DNA of 64,000 nucleotides from an uncultured Verrucomicrobiota bacterium (GTDB lineage Bacteria; Verrucomicrobiota; Verrucomicrobiia; Methylacidiphilales; CAMAQI01): NCBI GenBank assembly GCA_964555235.1, contig CAZKRU010000005.1, positions 2,457 to 66,456 of the forward strand, read 5' to 3'. Shown piece by piece: positions 54,101 to 61,915 of this stretch (position 1 is its first letter; each line of letters starts with the position of its first letter). The notes under the pieces were generated by a model. It saw only the letters and a program-made list of their open reading frames with translations, ran no database searches and was not told where the DNA came from. The position numbers and the translations under genes were made by a program.

Positions 54101-57100
54101 ATGACGCCAGGTCCTGTTTCAAGTGAGACGGGTTCCTATAAGGGAATGGGCGCCATGGTTTATGGACGAAATCAATTGTCAGCATTGATTGGGGGAAATT
54201 CAAGTCCTCTAAACGGTGGGTATGGAAGCTCCTTTAGTAACTTGTATTATTCTCCACCGGTACTGCCTTACACGAGTTTGGATTATAATCCGTTTGGCGG
54301 CTATTCGGTAAGCTATTCGAATCCAACTCCGGCGGCTCCAATTTTAGCCCCGTTTTCGCTCTCTTCGACGAGCTGGGATTCAGTGATCAATACGGCTTCG
54401 AGCAATTCTTATGCTTATACGTCTACCCAAAATTCATGGAGTAACTCAGCCAGTGCGGTTTTTAATCCCACGCCGCCTCCCACCCCGAGCTTTAGCAGTT
54501 TACTGACATCAGTTATTAATTCTGGATCTCATTATTTTGGGGTCGCACTCGATAATGCTCAGATGGCTATCACTCAGGGAACCAGCTTTTTAAAATATAC
54601 GGCAGAGGTGTTTGGAGATCCCGTCAACGTTCTCACGGGGGACTTTTATGTGGATCATGTGGATCTTAAGCTTACCGGACTGATGCCTCTGGAGATCAGG
54701 CGCAATTATACGAGTCGGAATTTGGCAGACAACGAATTTGGAACGGGCTGGAAGATGAATTACGCATCGTTTCTTTCCTTTAACAGCGATGAATCCCTCA
54801 TTTATGCAGCGGATCCTGAAGGATCGGTCATTGGATACCGTCGTCAGTCGGATCCCAATCTTTGGATTCCGACCATAGCGGATAATCCACGCTATACGAA
54901 CTTAAATCATGAACGTGTCGCTGCCAATACCTTGAACGGAAAAATCGTCAAATCGACCTCTGGTTCCGATACGCTTTATACCCTGACCTCTCCCGATGGA
55001 ATGCAGCGCATTTTCAAGGTTCGTTCCTTTCCGATTAGCGGTCAAAATCGTTCACGTCCCTATTTGGACCAATGGCTGGATCCGCAGGGAAATTCCTATA
55101 CGTTTACTTATGGGATTGATGTCGCTGCCACCGACTACGGCAAAGTCCGTCAGATTAAGTCTTCCAACGGCACTTTTGTCGGATTTTATTACGATACTTT
55201 TGGGCATATCACTGAGGCTTATACGAGTGATGGGAGGCGTCTTTACTATCGCTACAATGCTTTTGGAGATCTGATTGAGGTGACATTTCCTGATGCCTCT
55301 AAAACTTCTTATGAGTACGCAACCGAGACGACGACGGTTAATGGAAAAACGGAAACGACTTCGAATCATCTACTCATTCGTGAGGTGAAACCGGATGGTC
55401 GCGTTTTGGAAAACACTTATGACTCGGATCGACGCGTGACGCAGCAAAAAGCGACCGTGGGCGAGAATAAAACGCTGGTGGTCAATGCGACCGTTGACTA
55501 CAGCGTTCCTGGGAGGACGATTCTTAAGGATGCCTACAATCGGGAAACGGTTTATGAGTATTCAGACGGGTCCATCACCAAAGTGACGGATCCTCTCAAC
55601 CAATCCATCATCTCGGAATGGTACACGGCTACCGACGTTGCTACGGGTGCCTATGATCGATCGCTCAAGAAGCAGACCGATAAACGAGGATTGGTCACGG
55701 AATTCAAATACGATGCGCGCGGGAATTTGCTAGAACGTAAAATCACCGGCGATGTTACGGGCGACGGCGTGTCGGAAACAGTTACCATTTCGACAGAATA
55801 TAATTCGAAGGATTTACCTGATCTCGTCACGAAGCCTCTATTAACCCAAACGAAATATTTCTACGACGATTCTCGCTATCCTTATCTGGTCACTGGAGTG
55901 GAAAACCGGATCAATGGGGTTGCGGTTTCTTCAGTTTCGAATGAATACGTGGATGCCGGTTCAGGGGCAATCTTTGCCAAGGGACTTCTCTTCCGTCAGC
56001 GCAAAGGGATCGGGATGATGGGGCAATCGTCGACCGAGTGGACTTACAACGCCAATGGGTATCCAACGACACAAATCCGTTATACCGGCACTGGCGATCC
56101 GAATGTGGTGCTCAATTTCACTTATAACCTGCGCGGTGAACTCGTCGAGCAACGGGATTCTTCCGGGCGCAAAACCTGTTACGCTTATGATGCCATGGGG
56201 CGCAAGGTCTGGACGGAAGCGAAGGATGCCGCAGGGGTCTATGTCGGATGGCAATACGATTACTTTAACGGCAATGGTGAGGTCGAGTGGTCAGATGGAT
56301 CCCGCTACAATCCGGAAGATTATGTCTGGAAAAAATATGACGGAGCAGGGCGTCCGTTGGAAGAAATTCGTTGGAGAAGTGTTGCTAAGGCCGATGGCAC
56401 GGGAGTCGAAGCTCCCATGGGAGATGACCTCTATTCAACCACCTTCTACAAACATAACTTCTTCGGAGATTTGGTAGAGATCCGTGATGCGCGGCGCAAT
56501 TCGACGGTGATGACCTACGATGGCATCGGGCAAATGCTCACGCGGCAGTCTTACGATGGTTACGCGAATGCCGGTGGCACTCTCAAGGCAACGGAATCCT
56601 TTACCTACGAGCCCGGTGGACAAATCGCCACGCAAACGAATCCCCTCAATGCAGTGACGCGCCGGTTTTATGCTGCGAACGGAAAACTCCGGCGTCAGGA
56701 AAATCCGGACGGAACGGTACTCGAGTGGCGTTACGATCTTTTGGGTCGAGTTCAAAAGGAGATTCTTTCCAATGGAACCTATTGGGAAACGACCTACAAT
56801 GATGGTCAACGGACGGTCATTCGCTCTCTCAAGGATGCGGGGAATGCGATCTTGGCGACAGAAACCTCGGTCTTTGACTCCCGAGGCAATCTGCTCACAA
56901 AGACGGATGTTGAGAATAATCTCTTTTCCAAAGCCTATGATGGTCTGGATCGAGTTCGTGTTGAAACCGGACCTGCCGCTTCAGGACAATCCGGACAGCA
57001 AACGGTAACTCATTCGTTCGATGGCATCGGTAGCGTCGTGACGACGTCCAATTCGACAGGAGATCGCACGGTTACCACTTCCGACATGATCGGACGCCCT

Positions 57101-60049
57101 CTAAAATCTGAGATTTACAAACAAGTGAACACGCTCGTCACGCAGACGAGTTATTCTTACACCTCGGATCATCACGGATCCACTGTTACCGCAGGGAGTG
57201 GTACAGGAGCCATTACCTCGAGTTCTTGGACGGATACCTTCGGAAAACCGGTTCTCACTCGATTCGCAAACGGCACCTATCGCTCTCAGATCTATGACAT
57301 CGGAGGATTGCTCCTGAGCAGCCGGGATGAACTCGGTCAGGTGACAAGTGCCACCTACGACGGGCTCGGACGCAAGGTTTCGGAAAAGCTTCCCGATGGA
57401 GCGACGACGAACTTTATTTATGATTCCGTCGGAAACCTTCTCCAGCGTCAAATGCCCGCTTCCCTCACGCAAGTCATGACGTATGATTCGATTGGACGAA
57501 AATCCTCGGAAGAATTACGCGCCGGCGCACAGGTCTCTCGTCACTACGGATACGCTTATTATGCTTCAGGCGCAGATCAGGGACGCTTGCAGACCGTCAC
57601 GGATCCCCGGGGAATTCAACACACGAAACTTTACGATTCCTTTGGTCGGGTTCAAACGATTACGAGCGCTGGAGTGGCCAACGCTTCCACTGGCTACACC
57701 TATGATCGCCGGGGATTGCCCTTGCAGGTTTCACAAAGCTCAGATCTTTCACCGAATACGGCGGTCAATCGAACCTATAATGCTTACGGTCAGATCGATT
57801 CGGAAAGCGTTACCGTCGGTGCTGCCGTGATTTCCAGTGTGACCCAATCGTGGAATGATGCCGGTCGTCGAAGCCAACTCGCTAGCTCCGGAAAGAGTTT
57901 CGGGTTCTTCTATCAGGGGGATGGAGCGCTGACGCAAGTCACGTTTAATGGACAAAACTATAACGCCTCTTATGAGGATAACGGCTTACTGGCGACTCGA
58001 ACCAATCCTTACCGTAGCTGGCAGGTGGGGACTCGGGATAATCGAGGCCGCATCACGAATCAAAGTGTGACGGTAGGAGGTTCAACGCCGTTGGTAGAAG
58101 ATATCACCTGGCGGGATAATTCCACGGTCAACACCTACGCGGTTCAACGGGGTGGACTTTATAATGAGAACCGGGGCTATTCGTATAATTCACGAGGGCA
58201 GGTCACGTCCGAAAGCTTTGCTCCGGCGGCGGCTCAAAGTGCCAGCTTTACTTACGACTTTGATTTTGGTGCGGGAACTCTCGGTGTTCGCACGAAGGCA
58301 TTTTTGACTGGATTGACTTACGGAAATTGGGAAGTTCCTTCGGGACAGGTCAACGGATTCGGACGAATTTTACAGGAATCGATCTTGGGCGGAAAACGTC
58401 CGGTTCCGATGAACGGTGTAGCGCTCGGAGCAAAGACGGTAACCGTTTCCTTGGATGGAACCTCCGTGGAGCCCGTGACCTTTGCTGGACCACAAGGGGA
58501 TGGATCATGGAGTGCACAATCAGAAGTTCCGGCAGGAAGTCATTTGCTCGATGTCAAAGCCACGCATCCGAGCGGATATGTCAGTACTCAAGGCAGTCAA
58601 TTTAATGTCGCTCCCGTTCAAGAAACCTCACAGTTGGATTATGATTCTGAGGGGAACGTCACTCAGCGCAGTTGGAGCGGGGGGCGAGTGCAGATTCTGA
58701 CGTGGAATGCCTTGGATCGATTGATCAAAGTCACCGAGCGCAATGCTATGAACAACGGTTTTGATTGGACCGCCGTCTATGATGGATTGGGACGTCGGGT
58801 TCATACGACTTACACTCCCGTGACGAACAATGTCGCAGGAACAGCGAACACCGTGAAGTCGTACTTCGATCCTCAAGTCGAGTTTTTGGAAATTGCAGTG
58901 GAGGTTGCGGGACAGAAGTATTGGAAAGTTCATGGTCCGGATCTGAATGGAATTTATGGAGGCTTGAACGGAATCGGTGGACTCGAAGCGGTGGTGAAGG
59001 ATTCGGATAGTTCAACGGTCGGAGTCGTCAATGACTTCTATGGAAACATCATCGCTTGTGTGAATTCTGTGCCTTCTGTGGCTTGGAATCCAACCAAAGT
59101 CGGCGGCTACGGGCCGCTCCCCGGTTCAACATCAGTTGTCTTAGAGTCCTTAACCTCAAGTCCTACTTCGGCGACCGTGGCGAATGCCTATGCTTGGCGT
59201 TCGCGACATATCGATGGCACGGGATTGACCAATCTCGGAGCACGGCATTACGAAGCGACTTCTGGACGGTTTTTATCTCCAGATCCGTTGGGTCATGGTT
59301 CCTCCATGTCGTTATATGATTATGCCAGTGGAGACCCCGTCAACAGGCTGGATGCCGATGGGCGTTATGCAAAGCAACGGTGGAATGAAGAGAAAGAGAA
59401 TGCTCACACTGGTATGCAAGATGCTTGGCTAGGAATTCATTATGCTGGGAATACTGTTAACAGCTTGATGACATTTGGTGAAGCATCTACGCCTGCATCA
59501 GATCGTAATGTTACAGCAAATCAACTATACCATCAGTGGTTCTGGGGTACGGGTCCCGATAAACGAAGCTTTGATGAAAATAGTGTAATGGGACAAGATA
59601 TGTTAAGGGCGGATTATGTCCAAACGGCCGCACGAGAAGCGGCTGTACGTGCAATGGCGGGAGAAAGTAGCTCAGTATTTGTAGGAAGAGCCGTTGGAGA
59701 TACAAACCCCATAGTGTATTTTGCTTATGATTTTCCTGTTGATGCCTTTGTCACGAACCCAGCAAGAGCATTTCAGGGGTCAGTTAATGATGGAACCGCC
59801 AAAGCTCAACCTGATAAGATTATGTATGGAACTGGTGTTGCCTACGTCCCCGTAAATATTCATTTTATAGACAATATGACCAGCGAATCGGGAACTCGCA
59901 ATCCACCTCCGATTGGCTATGGCGGGAGTGAATGGAAGGCTGCGTTTCCCGGAGAGAATCCTTACGGGAAGAACGGTCCATTAAGAACAATTCAGATTGA
60001 ATATAATTTAAATATTCTAGTTCCAATTTATATTGAGGCACAGGATTGA
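51146..60049 (+). CDS. 2967-aa RHS/YD-repeat polymorphic toxin with N-terminal transglutaminase-like domain and unrecognised C-terminal toxin domain
   Basis: Signal peptide. Cys-His-Asp-type transglutaminase-like core ('EQCALLVYLLRQAGYAAV', 'RWVHLFPWIKD'). RHS plug 'GDPVNVLTGDFYVDHVDL'. Many YD repeats. Core end 'ARHYEATSGRFLSPDPLGH...GDPVNRLDADGRY'. A 226-aa tail follows. Confidence 0.85.
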   Translation: MKVFSNMMRVVVGVMAGILFVSTGGAQTNPLAESKRFVRGTGTNPSYQSFIIPLNFEKGIQLDPMGNNAAKFGNKPANQLPWFTRIGKDTNPDPNVNPLRTTYHISVNNGVATYPLQCENPLVAFGSQGGGTPLHVGQTYKFGSYFGGQVLNINDFVILGYKKDRFDGGSMNIEPDFVASIMVPRKGTPLWDAFSANGYKLERGISISYEEGGTTYITNVLDTTIELIPAVSSNDQWGVRPESPLVITHKANSDKYVYVILYAGATAVGNNLDSWMAISNPNDSSAGWYSMGYTLDFETQPAWRSTMIHSPQFNGEPMPPLYDGKSIEELLQVKTPVSFTPSLSPSAAQTLDQSPELRRHPILDRFVADMGNDPIALANYVHNEISVTDPISYNEHGDVSDKSINLGGVSRSALATLQEGQGSPMEQCALLVYLLRQAGYAAVYMEPETNKLQMLDQAMSRILRMQVRGAVNPLGQTYAPTDPNLPHLIPVNYPWVAFYLPTESRWVHLFPWIKDTEIIEGKNLYDYFPAAYNSGLKWTKQYLYGDTALIPAGTTDNTLTNLFPKFIEKTLKDNFPTLSIDDLGVKVRDRRHYRLTWGDFPTPFKLEGTPTTLESLSVRPNIFDTVNIEIFSDANPSKKVTTGDLRMVDLHNRKLLVRHEKTGSNLHNLILSLAAYRSDASGQGSFNGSDPNLLKKQVATVGFDSSDDSLTVRFKQKRHLTLPSNFTQPDYWTPYLGVSSLLEFSTDRPLRKGDLAALCIDYGRVTSKMLAVHAEEFWQMERTLNDNPTATIDPDISQGTSAYLMGMSYYEKVTRFTELAQNLHKTRILSYSAFGLSKIAPRRVSGLLPNNGDIELSQANVDMFFNAAAFASNATLHPDSGEALYLGIGDFLPVVITETSAQEHQIINTYYKESAAISTVKLLQIAKQAGTPGIIALNKSNYVTEGNKTYTVDGQTKALKDWDPGMWTSVEGAFTQPMGDYNLVYMTPGPVSSETGSYKGMGAMVYGRNQLSALIGGNSSPLNGGYGSSFSNLYYSPPVLPYTSLDYNPFGGYSVSYSNPTPAAPILAPFSLSSTSWDSVINTASSNSYAYTSTQNSWSNSASAVFNPTPPPTPSFSSLLTSVINSGSHYFGVALDNAQMAITQGTSFLKYTAEVFGDPVNVLTGDFYVDHVDLKLTGLMPLEIRRNYTSRNLADNEFGTGWKMNYASFLSFNSDESLIYAADPEGSVIGYRRQSDPNLWIPTIADNPRYTNLNHERVAANTLNGKIVKSTSGSDTLYTLTSPDGMQRIFKVRSFPISGQNRSRPYLDQWLDPQGNSYTFTYGIDVAATDYGKVRQIKSSNGTFVGFYYDTFGHITEAYTSDGRRLYYRYNAFGDLIEVTFPDASKTSYEYATETTTVNGKTETTSNHLLIREVKPDGRVLENTYDSDRRVTQQKATVGENKTLVVNATVDYSVPGRTILKDAYNRETVYEYSDGSITKVTDPLNQSIISEWYTATDVATGAYDRSLKKQTDKRGLVTEFKYDARGNLLERKITGDVTGDGVSETVTISTEYNSKDLPDLVTKPLLTQTKYFYDDSRYPYLVTGVENRINGVAVSSVSNEYVDAGSGAIFAKGLLFRQRKGIGMMGQSSTEWTYNANGYPTTQIRYTGTGDPNVVLNFTYNLRGELVEQRDSSGRKTCYAYDAMGRKVWTEAKDAAGVYVGWQYDYFNGNGEVEWSDGSRYNPEDYVWKKYDGAGRPLEEIRWRSVAKADGTGVEAPMGDDLYSTTFYKHNFFGDLVEIRDARRNSTVMTYDGIGQMLTRQSYDGYANAGGTLKATESFTYEPGGQIATQTNPLNAVTRRFYAANGKLRRQENPDGTVLEWRYDLLGRVQKEILSNGTYWETTYNDGQRTVIRSLKDAGNAILATETSVFDSRGNLLTKTDVENNLFSKAYDGLDRVRVETGPAASGQSGQQTVTHSFDGIGSVVTTSNSTGDRTVTTSDMIGRPLKSEIYKQVNTLVTQTSYSYTSDHHGSTVTAGSGTGAITSSSWTDTFGKPVLTRFANGTYRSQIYDIGGLLLSSRDELGQVTSATYDGLGRKVSEKLPDGATTNFIYDSVGNLLQRQMPASLTQVMTYDSIGRKSSEELRAGAQVSRHYGYAYYASGADQGRLQTVTDPRGIQHTKLYDSFGRVQTITSAGVANASTGYTYDRRGLPLQVSQSSDLSPNTAVNRTYNAYGQIDSESVTVGAAVISSVTQSWNDAGRRSQLASSGKSFGFFYQGDGALTQVTFNGQNYNASYEDNGLLATRTNPYRSWQVGTRDNRGRITNQSVTVGGSTPLVEDITWRDNSTVNTYAVQRGGLYNENRGYSYNSRGQVTSESFAPAAAQSASFTYDFDFGAGTLGVRTKAFLTGLTYGNWEVPSGQVNGFGRILQESILGGKRPVPMNGVALGAKTVTVSLDGTSVEPVTFAGPQGDGSWSAQSEVPAGSHLLDVKATHPSGYVSTQGSQFNVAPVQETSQLDYDSEGNVTQRSWSGGRVQILTWNALDRLIKVTERNAMNNGFDWTAVYDGLGRRVHTTYTPVTNNVAGTANTVKSYFDPQVEFLEIAVEVAGQKYWKVHGPDLNGIYGGLNGIGGLEAVVKDSDSSTVGVVNDFYGNIIACVNSVPSVAWNPTKVGGYGPLPGSTSVVLESLTSSPTSATVANAYAWRSRHIDGTGLTNLGARHYEATSGRFLSPDPLGHGSSMSLYDYASGDPVNRLDADGRYAKQRWNEEKENAHTGMQDAWLGIHYAGNTVNSLMTFGEASTPASDRNVTANQLYHQWFWGTGPDKRSFDENSVMGQDMLRADYVQTAAREAAVRAMAGESSSVFVGRAVGDTNPIVYFAYDFPVDAFVTNPARAFQGSVNDGTAKAQPDKIMYGTGVAYVPVNIHFIDNMTSESGTRNPPPIGYGGSEWKAAFPGENPYGKNGPLRTIQIEYNLNILVPIYIEAQD

Positions 60050-60486
60050 AAAACGGCTTTTACTTAGTTGTCTTAGCGCTATTGATGATCGTGATTTCCT
60101 GTAGTCCAAAACCCGAAGAAATCTGCGGAGATTATATCTTTGAGTATGAAAATGGGGCTATAGAGCTTTTATCGATCACTTCAGATATGCGGTACTCCTT
60201 TAAGGTGTTTAATAAAAAGGAGGATTTAGTTCTAGGAGAGCAGTCAATCATTGAGAATCAAGGAGCTTGGTCTATTGGGGAGTCGGTTTTTCAAGGTCAT
60301 AAGATTATCCTCGTGAATTGGCTTAAGGTTAATGATTTTAGTTTAAAGAATAAGATGCCAGGGAAGCCCATCAGATACGTTGACTTTAAACCTAGCTGGT
60401 TTCCTGCTGGCACTAGAGGATACAAAGAGGAGACCCTGTGGTTTGCTGACGATAGTCCATTTTATTTTTTTAGAAAGATAAAATAG
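60046..60486 (+). CDS. Candidate cognate immunity lipoprotein
   Basis: The TTG start overlaps the RHS stop by 4 nt (TTGA). Lipobox 'MIVISC'. 146 aa. Its position is typical of RHS immunity genes. Confidence 0.55.
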   Translation: MKNGFYLVVLALLMIVISCSPKPEEICGDYIFEYENGAIELLSITSDMRYSFKVFNKKEDLVLGEQSIIENQGAWSIGESVFQGHKIILVNWLKVNDFSLKNKMPGKPIRYVDFKPSWFPAGTRGYKEETLWFADDSPFYFFRKIK

Positions 60487-60514
60487 GCGTTATGGTTGTA
60501 AGGGAGCTTACGAT

Positions 60515-61810
60515 CTAATGAGATACATCAGTGATCGGCACTTTCAACAGACAATGAAGAATCCATTTTTGAAGAGGCAAGCCTTGATCCGAAGGTGGAT
60601 CGTTTGGAAGAAGATAGCGTTCCCGCTCAGACTTGGATTCCAGCAGATGAGGAACTGCTTTCCAAGTCATTCTCCACGTCTGTAGGTGACCTCTTTGGTA
60701 TAAGCCAATGAGGCAGATTTGGTAGAGGATCAGGACTGTCAGAAGAAGTGGCAAAATGCGAAATTTCATCAACTTTTCAAAACTTAAAGCCAACGGAAGT
60801 GCTAGTATGGGGTAGGCGTCGATCAACCATCGACACCCTAACCCCGCCGTCCAATACCACCAACTACATAAAAGAAGGGATAATGGAGCTAAAACCATGA
60901 TGGACTTGTAGAGAACTTCACGATGATTCCGCCAGAGAAGTGGAATCCCCGCAACGCTCAGCGCTAAAAGCGGTGTATATAACAGAACTCCGTTTTGAAT
61001 TGAAAATAGCCACTCAAGAAAACGAGGCGAAGTAAACCCTTCTCCAGGATATCCTAACTGCAATGGATGTCCAAAGACATAGTAATTGTATTGAAAGGCT
61101 GGAAGATGGGCAATCAGTGAACCAATAAGTACCCAAGGAGCACTCGGGAGAGCGAGGAAAAATATCATAAGGGCACTGGTCGGACGTGCGGCAACAGCTC
61201 CCCCCAGCAAAAGCCCGATCAGGAGACCTCTGGATGGTGTTGCTGGAAGGGTCGTTAAAAACAAGATTGATGCCATGAGTAGAAAAAGAGTCGGATGAGC
61301 GGAAAGAGACTGGATGCTTCCATAATAAAGAGCGGGGGTTGCAAAAGCAAAAGCGATCAATGTTAAAAATATCAATCGCTCTTCTTTTAAATAAGTTCCG
61401 AGCCATTTCTTTAAAAACCAAAGTCCGATCGGAATAAATAAAGCGGGTACCGTGAGAAAGATCCATCGATGGATAGGACCATAGGAATCACGTTCAACCA
61501 GTTGAGCTGCAAGATAAATCGGCGCCCAAAGAGTTGCAAAAGTCGGATTATATTTAACTACAGGATCACCCGATTTTCCAATAATCTGATAAAAATGGAC
61601 CGTATCCTGAATTGGAATTGAAGCATCTTGAACCCAAGCGATATTCATTGAGTTGTGCTCAAATCGGCTCGCTAAGTGAGAATAATAGGCTCCTCCATCA
61701 GAATTCCAGGGAACACCACCACGCAATCCGTAGATGATTGCTAAAGACAAATAAACAAAACCAATGAAAACAATCAAACAATCAAGCCGATTTTTAGAGG
61801 ATAGTATCAT
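60515..61810 (-). CDS. Polytopic membrane protein, GT-C-fold (ArnT/PMT-like) glycosyltransferase candidate
   Basis: 431 aa, hydrophobic throughout, with the acidic/aromatic loop 'NSDGGAYYSHL' after the first TM. The architecture resembles GT39/GT83 enzymes. No motif-level proof. Confidence 0.4.
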   Translation of the reverse strand: MILSSKNRLDCLIVFIGFVYLSLAIIYGLRGGVPWNSDGGAYYSHLASRFEHNSMNIAWVQDASIPIQDTVHFYQIIGKSGDPVVKYNPTFATLWAPIYLAAQLVERDSYGPIHRWIFLTVPALFIPIGLWFLKKWLGTYLKEERLIFLTLIAFAFATPALYYGSIQSLSAHPTLFLLMASILFLTTLPATPSRGLLIGLLLGGAVAARPTSALMIFFLALPSAPWVLIGSLIAHLPAFQYNYYVFGHPLQLGYPGEGFTSPRFLEWLFSIQNGVLLYTPLLALSVAGIPLLWRNHREVLYKSIMVLAPLSLLLCSWWYWTAGLGCRWLIDAYPILALPLALSFEKLMKFRILPLLLTVLILYQICLIGLYQRGHLQTWRMTWKAVPHLLESKSERERYLLPNDPPSDQGLPLQKWILHCLLKVPITDVSH

Positions 61811-61915
61811 ATCTTAATTTCTAGTTCTTGAGATAAAATATTGCTTTCATCTTCCATCTTAAAACTGCGCCCCCCTCTTCTGCAACCCAAATTCCAGCAC
61901 ACCCGAAAGCTACAG

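Noticed and set aside
51146-60049. The RHS protein as a type VI secretion effector.
   Set aside because: No PAAR or VgrG domain is in the protein, and no hcp, vgrG or tss genes are in the window. The protein has a Sec-type signal peptide, so T6SS delivery is not supported by anything visible here.
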